From NCBI GenBank assembly GCA_030550585.1, contig JAUQPB010000002.1, positions 192,001-256,000 of the forward strand: 64,000 bases of DNA, read 5' to 3'. This stretch comes from Thermoproteota archaeon. Lineage in GTDB: Archaea > Thermoproteota > Thermoprotei_A > Sulfolobales > Ignisphaeraceae. Shown piece after piece: positions 9,809-20,058 of this stretch. Position 1 is the stretch's first letter. Each line of letters begins with the position of its first letter. The position numbers were made by a program, and so were the translations under genes. The notes beneath the pieces were generated by a model that was not told where the DNA came from, did not search any database, and saw nothing but the letters and a program-made list of their open reading frames with translations.

Positions 9809-10083
9809 GGAAACATCACCAGATATCGCTTAAGTTATACAAGTTTCGTGCAAACCTAAAATAATTGTCTTATAATGCTATGGTGCGTGTTTATGGACAT
9901 CAGTCTAAAGAACTCCGCACTATTAGTAAATAGTTTAATGCGGATTCTATAACATGAAAGTGCCGTGACAAAGAACCAAACCCTGTAATTGTTATATACC
10001 TTTTAAAATTGCTTAAACACGTTTTAGCCGATAAATTTATATACCGATAGGCTTGAACAGAGATTAAGATTTGGTGAACACCT

Positions 10084-11013
10084 TTTGTCGACAAATACAA
10101 AGTTCTAATAGTTGATAGGGTATCAGAGAAGTTCTTGGATAGCTTGAAGAAGCACGGATTCGAGGTTCATTATAAACCAGGGCTATCAAGGGAAGAGTTG
10201 CTTAGCATTGTAGAGAATTATAATATCCTTGTTTTCAGGGGTAGGCTGAAAATAGATAGGGGGGTTATTGATAGAGGTGCCAATTTGAAGGTCTTAGCTA
10301 GGTATGGTATAGGATTAGATAATGTAGATGTAGAACATGCCGTGAAAAGAGGTATAGCTGTTGTGAATGCCCCCTCAGCCTCAGCTATAAGTGTAGCTGA
10401 ACTGACGATAGCATTGATGTTGACAGTCTATAGAAGACTCTACGACTTTATACACAGTGTTAAATGTGGTGAGTGGTCCAAGGGTAAGCATCTTGGTAGG
10501 GAACTGCATGGTAAAAAACTTGGTGTGATAGGCTTTGGCAGAATTGGTAGCAGGGTTGCTTACTACGCTAAAGCATTTGGCATGGATATAATGGTCTATG
10601 ATATTAGAGATGTTTCTGAAGAGGTCTCAAAACTTGGTGGTGTACAAGTGGATTTGGAGAGGCTTTTAAGCGGAGCAGACGTTGTGACACTTCATGTCCC
10701 TCTAACTCCTTTGACATGGCATATGATAAACGATAAGACGCTGTCTATGATGAGAGACGGCACGGTGTTGGTTAATACCAGTAGGGGCGAGGTCATAGAT
10801 ACAGATGCTTTGCTGAAGCATGTTGATAGACTCGGTGGTGTGGCTCTGGACGTTCTTGAGCAGGAGCCTCCAAAAGATGAGAAGATCTGGAGACTGGTTA
10901 AACATCCAAATGTTGTTGTAACGCCTCATATAGGGGCTGAAACAGTCGAGGCGATGGATAGGATAGCAGATGAGCTTGTGAAAAACATTTTGGAGGCGGT
11001 GAACTGGCTTTGA
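10084..11013 (+). CDS. serA: D-3-phosphoglycerate dehydrogenase / D-2-hydroxyacid dehydrogenase (start uncertain)
   Basis: ARYGIGLDNVD, GVIGFGRIG, LHVPLT, NTSRG and TPHIGAET. The N-terminal KVLIVD strand is in frame upstream of the track's TTG at 10135. Confidence 0.8.
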   Translation, partial: FVDKYKVLIVDRVSEKFLDSLKKHGFEVHYKPGLSREELLSIVENYNILVFRGRLKIDRGVIDRGANLKVLARYGIGLDNVDVEHAVKRGIAVVNAPSASAISVAELTIALMLTVYRRLYDFIHSVKCGEWSKGKHLGRELHGKKLGVIGFGRIGSRVAYYAKAFGMDIMVYDIRDVSEEVSKLGGVQVDLERLLSGADVVTLHVPLTPLTWHMINDKTLSMMRDGTVLVNTSRGEVIDTDALLKHVDRLGGVALDVLEQEPPKDEKIWRLVKHPNVVVTPHIGAETVEAMDRIADELVKNILEAVNWL

Positions 11014-12032
11014 AATATCTAACACCAGGACCTGTTCAAATACCTAAGCAGGTAGTTGATGCCATTGCAAGACAGCCGCAGTTCCACAGAACAGAAGAGT
11101 TTAGGGCGGTGTTCAAGAGGGTTATCGAAAAGCTTTCAGCAGTGTACAAAACAATTCCTGTGATAATACCTGGAACAGGCACGCTTGCTGTTGATGTGAT
11201 GGTCTATAACTATGTTAATCCAGGAGAGAAGGTAGTTGCAATAACAAATGGAGAGTTTGGGGATAGGCTTATAGAGTCTATAGAGTCTAGGGGTGGGGTT
11301 GTACACAAAATAGAGTGGAGGTATGGAGATGCACCTCCACCAGACATAGTCGAAGACACTGTTAGAAAAGTTGGTGATGTAAAGGCGATTGCAGTTGTTC
11401 ACAACGAGACTAGCACGGGAACCACAAATAGGTTTATCGAGAAATACCAGGATGTTGCAAGCTCATATGGCGCAGTACTTCTCGTTGATAGTGTTTCCCT
11501 CTACCCGGCAGAGGTTTTCAAGAAAGAGATAGACGTTATCGCAACAGCATCTCAAAAAGCATTCATATCACCTCCTGGAGCAGCCATATTATATATAGCT
11601 AAGGAACCTAGGGCAAAGGTTTCTGTACCGCCGTCAATGAACTTAGAGAAGTTTCTTCAAAGCCTTAAGAAGTGGGAGACGCCATATACACCACCAATAA
11701 ACGTTATATATGGTCTCGATGCAGCGCTCGACTATATTCTTGGTATGGGTGTTGACAAGTACCATGAGATGCATAGAGAAAGAGCTGAATATCTATACAA
11801 CAACATTAAATTAACACCAATTGCAAAGCAGGAATTGAGAAGCTATACAGTAACAGCCTTCTATACCAACAGAGCTAAAGACATTATAACAGAGCTGAAG
11901 AAACACGGATATGTTATAGCAGGTGGAATGGGCAAGCTAAAGGACAGCACCATCAGAATAGGTGTAATGGGGGACATAACAATAGAGGATCTTAGAAAGG
12001 TCGTTGAGATAGTGAATAGATATGTGGATTGA
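11010..12032 (+). CDS. Class V PLP aminotransferase (serine-pyruvate/phosphoserine aminotransferase-like)
   Basis: LTPGPV, VHNETSTG, VDSVS, ASQKAF (PLP Lys), ETPYTP and IRIGVMG. TTGA overlap with serA. Confidence 0.9.
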   Translation: MKYLTPGPVQIPKQVVDAIARQPQFHRTEEFRAVFKRVIEKLSAVYKTIPVIIPGTGTLAVDVMVYNYVNPGEKVVAITNGEFGDRLIESIESRGGVVHKIEWRYGDAPPPDIVEDTVRKVGDVKAIAVVHNETSTGTTNRFIEKYQDVASSYGAVLLVDSVSLYPAEVFKKEIDVIATASQKAFISPPGAAILYIAKEPRAKVSVPPSMNLEKFLQSLKKWETPYTPPINVIYGLDAALDYILGMGVDKYHEMHRERAEYLYNNIKLTPIAKQELRSYTVTAFYTNRAKDIITELKKHGYVIAGGMGKLKDSTIRIGVMGDITIEDLRKVVEIVNRYVD

Positions 12033-12834
12033 CGATAGCTACTGCAAACTCTGTCTAATCTACTCCAGATCCAAAGACCTTGTAGAGCTTGGCCATGGAG
12101 ACAAGCTACCAAAGCTTTTGAAGAGGCTTGCAAAAATAGTTGAGGAAGAGGATAGCAGGTCAGAGGCGTTTGCAAAATCATTTGAATATATCAAGAAATT
12201 GACGAGGTCTAAAGATCCTTATCAAGAGAGGAAGAAAATGCTAAAAGAAATTGGAAAGAGGATAGCAGAGAAGGTCGAAAAGTATCTGGAGAGTGTTGAC
12301 TGGGATATCAGAGAAGCTATTAGGATATCTGCAGCTGCAAACATTATAGATACTAGTGTTCTTGGGTATGAAAATACGAGAAGCTTGGATGAGGCCATAT
12401 GGGATAAGCCAGTAATAGAGGATGGTTTTGAGATTCCAAAGGATGAGGATATATATGTTGTTTTAGACAATGCGGGTGAGGCAGAGATAGACAAGGTTTT
12501 AGCGAAGGCGCTTACACAAAATGGTTATAGAACCTTCATAGTTGTTAGGAACAAGGCATACGAAATAGATGAGATAGAACACGACTTTGAAGAAAAAAGC
12601 TTTAACGTTATATCAACCCCTGGTAGCATATCTCCTGTGGCATACATAGACAGAGGCTTCATAATAGCTAAAGGGATTGCAAATGCCGAAGCCTACGCAG
12701 AATTTGGAAAAACTAGGTCTCTTCACCTTCTGAGAGCTAAATGCGATGTAATAGCGAAGAGGTTTGGTGTGCCAAAGAATTCGGTGCTTATAGTATCAGG
12801 GGATAGAATAAAGAGTATTTTAACAGGGAGGTAG
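12022..12834 (+). CDS. DUF89/ARMT1-like metal-dependent phosphatase
   Basis: N-terminal CxxC, KDPY, AANIID, DNAGE, KGIANAE and AKC motifs. Confidence 0.85.
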   Translation: MWIDDSYCKLCLIYSRSKDLVELGHGDKLPKLLKRLAKIVEEEDSRSEAFAKSFEYIKKLTRSKDPYQERKKMLKEIGKRIAEKVEKYLESVDWDIREAIRISAAANIIDTSVLGYENTRSLDEAIWDKPVIEDGFEIPKDEDIYVVLDNAGEAEIDKVLAKALTQNGYRTFIVVRNKAYEIDEIEHDFEEKSFNVISTPGSISPVAYIDRGFIIAKGIANAEAYAEFGKTRSLHLLRAKCDVIAKRFGVPKNSVLIVSGDRIKSILTGR

Positions 12835-13059
12835 CCAAAATATTTTAAACTATGCCCAACCTTTTTGCACGATCTGTGCATGATATTGTATTGTTGTAGA
12901 AGGCACGATCTTAGAGTCTGCTAGACTATTCTAGAGTTTTGATGTTCGAATACAATGTTTGTATTGTTGATGGAATGTATTATTAAATATATGTATAGAT
13001 TTCTGAGACCCATTATAGCTTATAAATCTGGACAACTATAGCTATGGCTGGTGTGTATA

Positions 13060-14094
13060 GTGGCTGTTTATAGAAGGCGTGTGCAGAGGATAGGCAAGTC
13101 AACATATATAGTGTCCTTGCCCAACTCGTGGGCCAAGGAAATTGGTCTAGAACCCAAAATGAATGTTATTATGGAGGTTCTACCCGATCTATCTCTAAGG
13201 ATATATGTTCCCTATAAACAGGAGAGAGGTAGCATATCAGAGCATACAGTCTATGTAGATCCTAACTACTCAGACGAAGATATTGTTAGGGAGATCATAG
13301 GCGGATATGTTGCTGGGGCTTCGACGGTTAAGCTTGTTTATAAGGGTGTTAAGAGGGAGTTTATTGAGAAAGCTGTTTCTGTTGCTAAAGAGAAGCTAAT
13401 GGGACTTGAGGTAATAGATGAGGATGCAACTAGTGTAACGCTTCAGATTGTTGTTGACCCAAATCTAAGTAACCTAAATAGTGTTACAAAGAGGATGACA
13501 AGGTTAGCTATAAGTATGCACGAAGATATAATATCATATTTGACTGGGACAACAGATAAAAGCATATTAGAAGCTGTTATAGCTCGCGATAATCTTGTTG
13601 ACAAATTATATCTACTCGCTTTGAGGCAGTTAATAGCTATTCTAAGTGACCCCTATGAAATGGGTAGAAAGGGGCTCAAATACTACGACGCTATATACAT
13701 GACAATGTTTCTAAAAAGTGTTGAGAGGGTAGGAGATCATGCAGTGAATATATCAAAATCATTGCAAGCATTAGAAACACCGCCAAAGTTCATATCAAAT
13801 CTATATGCAAATGCTATAGAGATATTCAAGGGTATATGCGAAGCATATTTGGTGCCTGACAAGAACATGGCTATAAACATAACGAAGAAAATAGAAGAGC
13901 TGAAGCAACTAGAAGAGGAGATTAGAAAAAGCTATAGAGAAGAGTTAGCAAAACAGACAGTAGTAACAAGAATATTGGATGCCATATCAAGGATAATAGC
14001 TAGAAGCGTAGACATAGCAGAAGAGGTTATAGACATATATGCTCTCAAGAAAATGGATAAGATACCGTCGAAAGCAGAGGAAAATGAAGAGTAA
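13060..14094 (+). CDS. phoU: Phosphate uptake regulator PhoU with N-terminal AbrB-type domain
   Basis: RRVQRIGKSTYIVSLPNSWAK AbrB motif and ERVGDHAVNI PhoU repeat. Confidence 0.9.
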   Translation: MAVYRRRVQRIGKSTYIVSLPNSWAKEIGLEPKMNVIMEVLPDLSLRIYVPYKQERGSISEHTVYVDPNYSDEDIVREIIGGYVAGASTVKLVYKGVKREFIEKAVSVAKEKLMGLEVIDEDATSVTLQIVVDPNLSNLNSVTKRMTRLAISMHEDIISYLTGTTDKSILEAVIARDNLVDKLYLLALRQLIAILSDPYEMGRKGLKYYDAIYMTMFLKSVERVGDHAVNISKSLQALETPPKFISNLYANAIEIFKGICEAYLVPDKNMAINITKKIEELKQLEEEIRKSYREELAKQTVVTRILDAISRIIARSVDIAEEVIDIYALKKMDKIPSKAEENEE

Positions 14095-14297
14095 TAGGAA
14101 ATAATATGCCAAGTAAAAATATGATGCTGTAATCTCAGTTTCAAGTTCAATATGACCATGTATGCATAACGCAGATTTTCAATATCTGTCAACAAAGATT
14201 TTACATAGATATGTTTTTATGTTTTTGTAGAGTTTTTCAGAATGAGTTGTTGAACCACTAGTAATGTGGATATAGTCAAATGTTTCATTAGAATTTT

Positions 14298-14576
14298 CTA
14301 CAACGTAAGGTCTTTATACATAACTATTCTTTTAGCATCGAATCCCAGAACAACTGTAGCAAGCTTAATAATATTTTCAAGTGTAGGCTCTTTTCTAACA
14401 CTCTTCACAAGTTTTTTATCGTCAAAGCCACTTGAAAGCAAAGCGAAGATTATTTTGTTGAGTAGTCTTCTACCATCGGAATTAAGAACAAGTCTCTTAT
14501 CAAAATACTTGTCAACATTTGTCAAAAGCTCAAATAAAAGGCTCTTCACATATTCCAATGTTGTACACCGAAACAT
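14298..14576 (-). CDS. Small hypothetical protein
   Basis: 92 aa ORF directly downstream of and co-oriented with the HDAC gene; native codon style. Confidence 0.65.
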   Translation of the reverse strand: MFRCTTLEYVKSLLFELLTNVDKYFDKRLVLNSDGRRLLNKIIFALLSSGFDDKKLVKSVRKEPTLENIIKLATVVLGFDAKRIVMYKDLTL

Positions 14577-14588
14577 GCAATAAATATT

Positions 14589-15614
14589 CTATGAGCTAAT
14601 GTGGCTTAGCACCAATTCATACACCTTTTTAGCATTACTGAGATTCATATTTAAAGTCTCCGGTGAATCTCTATAAATGGTGTAGACCCTTTCAATGCCT
14701 TGAAGCCCTTCTACAAAAGCTTTGAATCCATGTTCTAAACCAGTGCTATAACCACCCTCAAGAACGATTGCAGTTGGCAAACCAAATCTCTTAATATTCG
14801 AGCCAAGTATATAGAAAGAGGAGCTTGTTAGAGCTAGGTCTGTTAAACCATCGTTTTTATAGCCATCGAAACCAGCGGATATCACAAGAGCTTCGGGGGT
14901 GTAGGAACTGATCAAAGTCTCGATAAATGTTGTGATATGGGTCAGAGATTCATCTGTTGTTTTGGGCCTCAAAACAAAATTCGCCTTGTATCCATATCCA
15001 TCACCTTCGCCAACGTCTGTTGGGTAGCCTGTGAAGGGATATAGTGTCGAGGGGTCTTGATGAATGTCTATATGGAGTATCTTCTCTTTGTAGAAAATTT
15101 CCATAGTGCCGTTACCGTGGTGAGCATCGAAATCTATTATAGCAATTCTTCTAAAGCCTCTATCCCTAAATCCAAGAACACTAGCGGCAGCATTATTAAA
15201 AATGCAGAACCCATTTGTTGGTGCACCCATGGCTCTTCCAACTAATCCAGCATGATGACCTGGCGGTCTACCTAGAACCATGAATATGTCATTTATCGTA
15301 TTAGCCAATTTATATGAGTAGTATAGAGTCTCTAGCGCAAGTTCGCATGTATTACTAGTTACATAGGTATCTGGATCAAGTTCATAGAAATCCTTTTTGC
15401 AGTTATCGAGAATATAGTCCACATAACTTTTGGCATGCACTCTAGATGCTATTTTCATAGCCTCTTTCTCATCAAATCTATCGACCCAAAAATCTGCAGA
15501 AATGCTGAGTTTTTCAATTGCTTGTAGCAGTATATTTATTCTTAGCGGGTTTTCAGGATGGTAGTAAGGAGGGATATGCTTATTCAAAGCATTTTTAACA
15601 ACAACAATCAACAT
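14589..15614 (-). CDS. Histone deacetylase family (acetoin utilization/AcuC-like) Zn hydrolase
   Basis: HPENPLR, RPPGHHAG, GFCIFNN, IDFDAHHGNGT, SAGFDG and LEGGY. Confidence 0.93.
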   Translation of the reverse strand: MLIVVVKNALNKHIPPYYHPENPLRINILLQAIEKLSISADFWVDRFDEKEAMKIASRVHAKSYVDYILDNCKKDFYELDPDTYVTSNTCELALETLYYSYKLANTINDIFMVLGRPPGHHAGLVGRAMGAPTNGFCIFNNAAASVLGFRDRGFRRIAIIDFDAHHGNGTMEIFYKEKILHIDIHQDPSTLYPFTGYPTDVGEGDGYGYKANFVLRPKTTDESLTHITTFIETLISSYTPEALVISAGFDGYKNDGLTDLALTSSSFYILGSNIKRFGLPTAIVLEGGYSTGLEHGFKAFVEGLQGIERVYTIYRDSPETLNMNLSNAKKVYELVLSHISS

Positions 15615-15703
15615 ATAATTGTTACCATTGGCAATCTAAATCTGAAGCTTATTAGGTTTAGAGATAAAAACCCTTTTAAATACTTCTCCTTTGGTGAAAA
15701 TCT

Positions 15704-16873
15704 TTGGGTAATTTAAAGAGCTTTAAGATTAGGGTAGCAAGAACAATAGTACATTTTGGAGTTGGTGTTGCTAAGAACATTACAGATGTTTTGCAGAGAT
15801 TTAGAAGAGTCTATGTGGTTACAAGCAGGTCAGCAGCCAAGGTTAGCGGAGCTCTTGCTGATGTTGAAAATATTTTGAAGTCTCTTGGGATACGATACGA
15901 AGTTTTCGATGGCGTTACACCAAACCCTCTAGCATCTATGGTTAACAGCATCTCTGAAAAGGTTTGGAGGTTTGGAGCAGAGGCTATTGTGGCTGTAGGT
16001 GGTGGAAGCGTTATAGACACTGCAAAAATTGTTTCGGTCATTTCTCACTGTGGTGGTCTTGTAGAAGACTATGTTAGGGGTTATAGAGAGGCTTGTGGGT
16101 CTATACCTGTTTTGGCTGTGAATTTAACGCATGGCACAGGCTCTGAAGTTGATAGATATGCTGTGGTCACCTTAGAAAATCCGAAAACAAAATATGGTCT
16201 TACATCAGATTATATGTATCCTGCGGCATCTTTTGATGACCCTAGATACCTTGTTACATTACCGAAAAGCCAAACAATCTACACAGCATTTGATGCCTTT
16301 TACCATGCGTTAGAAGCTTCATGTGGTGTTGACTCATCTCCATATGTTGTAGCAATTGCTGAAGAGGCTGTTAAGAACATTGTTTACTGGCTTCCAAAAG
16401 CAGTTGAAAACCCTGGCGATGTGGAGGCTAGATACTGGCTTCTATATTCATCTATGCTAGCAGGTATAGCCATAGACAATAGCAGAGCCCATATAATACA
16501 CTCGGTTGAGAATGTTCTGAGCGGCATCAACACATCTCTTCCGCATGGAGCGGGCCTTGCAATGCTTGGGCCAGCGGCGGTCAAGCATCTCTATCAAGCA
16601 TCTCCAGAAACACTATACAGGATATTGAAATATATAGATCCACAGCTAGAGCCAGATCCGAAACATGCTGAGAAGGCCGCCGAGGCTGTTAAGAGGTTCC
16701 ACAAATCCATGGGATTCAACGAAAATCTTAGACAATACGGGTTCTCTGAAGCTGATGCAGACAAGATTATCGACATTGTTACAAACTATTTATCGTATGG
16801 TCTTAGGTTATCCCCTATAGAGCCCTCTAAAGATATTTTGAAAGAGATTTATCTCTCAGCCTTAAACTTCTAA
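15704..16873 (+). CDS. Iron-containing alcohol dehydrogenase
   Basis: GGGSVIDTAK, THGTGSE, DAFYHALE, HIIH and PHGAGL; GGTGA SD. Confidence 0.93.
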   Translation: MGNLKSFKIRVARTIVHFGVGVAKNITDVLQRFRRVYVVTSRSAAKVSGALADVENILKSLGIRYEVFDGVTPNPLASMVNSISEKVWRFGAEAIVAVGGGSVIDTAKIVSVISHCGGLVEDYVRGYREACGSIPVLAVNLTHGTGSEVDRYAVVTLENPKTKYGLTSDYMYPAASFDDPRYLVTLPKSQTIYTAFDAFYHALEASCGVDSSPYVVAIAEEAVKNIVYWLPKAVENPGDVEARYWLLYSSMLAGIAIDNSRAHIIHSVENVLSGINTSLPHGAGLAMLGPAAVKHLYQASPETLYRILKYIDPQLEPDPKHAEKAAEAVKRFHKSMGFNENLRQYGFSEADADKIIDIVTNYLSYGLRLSPIEPSKDILKEIYLSALNF

Positions 16874-16875
16874 CG

Positions 16876-17769
16876 GTGTTTTTGTTGAAGACTCTAATAG
16901 TAGGCAACATAACTATTGACGAAGTTGGGGATAGGATTAGAGTTGGTGGGACAGGATACTATGGAGGCAGGGCACTTGCAGAGTATCTAGATGCTGAGGT
17001 CTATGTGGCTACAAACATTGGCGAGGCTTACAAAGGTCTTGTAAAAAGTGTTCTAGAGTCGCATGGAATAAAGGTCATCGAGATTGGCTACAGCTCTACG
17101 CCAGTATTTGTCATTAGAGATGGTAAAGCTGTCAGCTTCAAAGGTGAAAGCCCAAGAATAAGCCTATCAAATTTAGAGCCCTATGCAAGAATCTATAGAT
17201 TCGATGTGGTTATCCTAGGTCCAATCTTCAGAGAGATAGATTTAAATGAAATAGACCAGATACTGTCTTGGGGCTCCAAGGTAGTAGCGCTCGATATCCA
17301 GGGGCTAGTGAGAAGCGTTGCTGATGGCGAATTAAAGCTTGTTTGGGACTACAGCATCGAGGAGAAGCTTAGAAAAATAGATATTGTACATGGCAATGTG
17401 AAGGAGTTTTGCTTCTCAGACGACATAAAAAATGTTTTAGGTAAAGCAAGGGAGTGGAGCTCAACAACAAAAACGATATATCTTATCAGCTTGGATGAGA
17501 GGGGTCTATACATCGTGGCAAATAATGAAATATTGTATGTTAGGCCACCACCAACAAATCCTGTTGATGAGGTTGGTGCAGGAGATATTCTGTTATCTGT
17601 TACAGCATATTATATTGCGAAGGGCTTTAACACCATAGAATCTGTTCTCAGAGGAGTGGCAGCTGCTACCCTAAAAATAGAGAATGCATATAGAGAGTGG
17701 TTTGACAGAAACTCCTTAGAGTCTCTGGCAAAAGAGTTGGAAAGGTTTGTGGAGGGGGTGAATATATGA
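16876..17769 (+). CDS. PfkB family carbohydrate kinase
   Basis: GNITID, GGTGYY, LDIQG and DEVGAGD. Confidence 0.88.
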   Translation: MFLLKTLIVGNITIDEVGDRIRVGGTGYYGGRALAEYLDAEVYVATNIGEAYKGLVKSVLESHGIKVIEIGYSSTPVFVIRDGKAVSFKGESPRISLSNLEPYARIYRFDVVILGPIFREIDLNEIDQILSWGSKVVALDIQGLVRSVADGELKLVWDYSIEEKLRKIDIVHGNVKEFCFSDDIKNVLGKAREWSSTTKTIYLISLDERGLYIVANNEILYVRPPPTNPVDEVGAGDILLSVTAYYIAKGFNTIESVLRGVAAATLKIENAYREWFDRNSLESLAKELERFVEGVNI

Positions 17770-17993
17770 CATCAATTGATGAGCAGATCAAAGAGCTTTT
17801 AGCAAGAAGAGATCCAAATGGGTACTACATAGTCCCATCTGATAAGAGTGGTATTGATATTGTTAAGCGTTTTTATAGTGATGTAGAGTTTGAGGAGGTT
17901 GGCGATATTGTGTTCATAAAAACTAGGTCTAGAAGAGTTGCAGAAAGGATTGCAAGAATATTGATTCAGAAAGGTCTCATAAAGTCAATGTAA
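17766..17993 (+). CDS. Small hypothetical protein
   Basis: ATGA overlap with pfkB and GGGGTGA SD; 75 aa. Confidence 0.75.
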   Translation: MTSIDEQIKELLARRDPNGYYIVPSDKSGIDIVKRFYSDVEFEEVGDIVFIKTRSRRVAERIARILIQKGLIKSM

Positions 17994-17995
17994 TT

Positions 17996-19267
17996 TTAAT
18001 AGATATATTCCTTCATTCTAGCTGTTACAATTGCTGAGGAAAGTCTCATTACAGCTGATATCATGTATGATATTCTAAGGCCTTGAACAAGCCCAAATAT
18101 GTCGATGAGATAGCCAGAGAGTAGACCTCCTAACATAGAACCTGCAAAACTTGCCAAGCCGATAGCTGTATTATAAACCCCGAAAAACGTTGCTCTATCT
18201 CCTTCTCTTGCACACTCTATTATATACATGGGGAATATTATATTTGTGAAACCATTGATGAAACCTGTGAAAATGTTCAATGCAAGTAGGCTTACATAGC
18301 TAGCTGAAAAAGCGTAAACCAGAGGCACTATAACAAGACCAAATCTGTTTAGCAATGTGTAGAACCTGTACCTGCTTCTCTCAACATATTTCCCAGCTAG
18401 ATATTGGCTTAGAACCATCGTTATATTGGATGCTATAGAGAGGGATGTTATCTGTGCAGGCGACAGATTTAAGACATCTTGCTGACTCAATATAAACAAA
18501 GGCCATGCTAACGACATGGAGAAGTTATACAAGGTGTTTGCATATACAAAGCCTTTGAATCCCGGATTAGACAAAGTGATTTTGAAGCTCTTTACAAATT
18601 CCTCGATGCCAAGACCAGCACGTTTATGGAGCACACTCGAATCACTATTAATATTTCTGTCGATAACAACCCCAGATATAGATAATGTAGCGAATACTGA
18701 TACAAATCCTAAGACAAGAGCCGAGAAGAATATTACAAGCAATGCTAAAAATGTGCTTGGCATACATTGAAACATAATTGTCGTTGCTATATTGCCAGCT
18801 ATACTGAATACAGCTGACAGATTTGAATGCATAGAATACACTATAGACCTCCTAGACTGTCCAGCAAGGTCGCTAATAACATCTCCAATCACAGGAGCCG
18901 ATGCCGAACCTATAAATGTTGCTATAGCTGATATAGCTATGATTTCATATGGATTCGCAGAACCGAACACGCCTATTAAAACTAGAGAAGCAATGGATAT
19001 GATTACTGTTGACAAGGCTCCCAATAAAAGCATGAGTCTTCGGCGCCCAGTTGAATCACTTATTCTACCCCACATAACTTGACCTATATTACCAAGTAGA
19101 TTGTTAGATGCTTGGAATATACCAGATTCTGTTGCACCCCCACCATAATAGACTATTAGATATGGCAGAATTGGTGATACAAGATTGTTTGAGAAAGAAA
19201 GTGCAGATATTCTAAGGTAGAGCTTTTTTATTGCATTGTCTCTACGGTTATTCAAATCGTACGACAA
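17996..19267 (-). CDS. MFS transporter
   Basis: About 12 TM helices and the WGRISDSTGRRR motif A. Confidence 0.9.
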   Translation of the reverse strand: MSYDLNNRRDNAIKKLYLRISALSFSNNLVSPILPYLIVYYGGGATESGIFQASNNLLGNIGQVMWGRISDSTGRRRLMLLLGALSTVIISIASLVLIGVFGSANPYEIIAISAIATFIGSASAPVIGDVISDLAGQSRRSIVYSMHSNLSAVFSIAGNIATTIMFQCMPSTFLALLVIFFSALVLGFVSVFATLSISGVVIDRNINSDSSVLHKRAGLGIEEFVKSFKITLSNPGFKGFVYANTLYNFSMSLAWPLFILSQQDVLNLSPAQITSLSIASNITMVLSQYLAGKYVERSRYRFYTLLNRFGLVIVPLVYAFSASYVSLLALNIFTGFINGFTNIIFPMYIIECAREGDRATFFGVYNTAIGLASFAGSMLGGLLSGYLIDIFGLVQGLRISYMISAVMRLSSAIVTARMKEYIY

Positions 19268-19356
19268 TACGTATCACTATTGAGTACATGCTATTTTAAT
19301 AAGTTTTATTGTTTATAATTATAAGGCGATAAAAGTTTATTGCGCGGTGAATTATT

Positions 19357-19615
19357 TTGGAGTGTAGAAGATGTGGTTCAAAGAATATAGATGTTTTCAG
19401 ATTTAGATTGCCAGAATCCTTACCTATGGCAGTAGCTGTAGCCAATTCCCAAGAACGTTAGAGGTGAGCTTATGAGACTATTTGAAAATTATGAAAACTT
19501 TGAAATGTATATATGTAGAGACTGTGGCTATACTGAAATGAGATTTGTCAAAAGAAGTTTAAAGCCAAGTGACAAAGACGCTGACAGAAGCTTTTCCGCT
19601 AGCAACCTTCTCTAG
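19357..19615 (+). pseudogene. Frameshifted/split small zinc-ribbon protein
   Basis: GGTGA SD, then TTG at 19357 gives MECRRCGSKNIDVF... (stop 19461). A shifted frame continues ...FEMYICRDCGYTEMRF (stop 19615). Confidence 0.6.
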
Positions 19616-19801
19616 CTTAAGTCTAGCAAATGTATACAATGCCCTCTTATTATCTATTTCAATCGATTGCATAGAATGTCCATCTAAATCTCCAGAACTG
19701 TGTAAAATCCAATAGTCGTTGAATAACTCTATAAGAGTAGGTCTTCTTGTGACATATAAACCCCATTTAATTTTTGTGTCACCGCTATTAATTATATCCA
19801 T

Positions 19802-20058
19802 AGCTATTTTACCCTCTATAGCTGAAGTTGGTGCCATTGTAGGTGATGCTAAATAAACTCTGCTATTCTTATGACCCATTCGACTAGTGAAATACTTGTT
19901 CGATGTAGCGATGGCAACTTCACCTTCAGTGAGCAAACCCATGTGTGCTCCTACGCAAGGCCTGCAGGTAGGTGGGGTTATAACGCATCCTGCCTCAACA
20001 AGGATTTGAATATACCCTCTTTTAAGGGCCTCCATGTATACTCTTCTAGACAGTGCAA
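19802..20058 (-). pseudogene. C-terminal fragment of a second LeuC/HacA paralog
   Basis: SRRVYMEALKRGYIQILVEAGCVITPPTCRPCVGAHMGLL...RMGHKNSRVYLASP...AIEGKI aligns with the C-terminus of 7214-8467; the N-terminal ~330 aa are absent. Confidence 0.85.

Noticed and set aside
9910-9955. Imperfect inverted repeat TCCGCA...TGCGGA followed by ACA; possible H/ACA sRNA
   Set aside because: The stem is short with an AT-rich interior and no K-turn/K-loop motif; weak for a thermophile.
9900-10100. 66 aa minus-strand ORF
   Set aside because: Spans a divergent promoter region, with no SD and no protein-like features.
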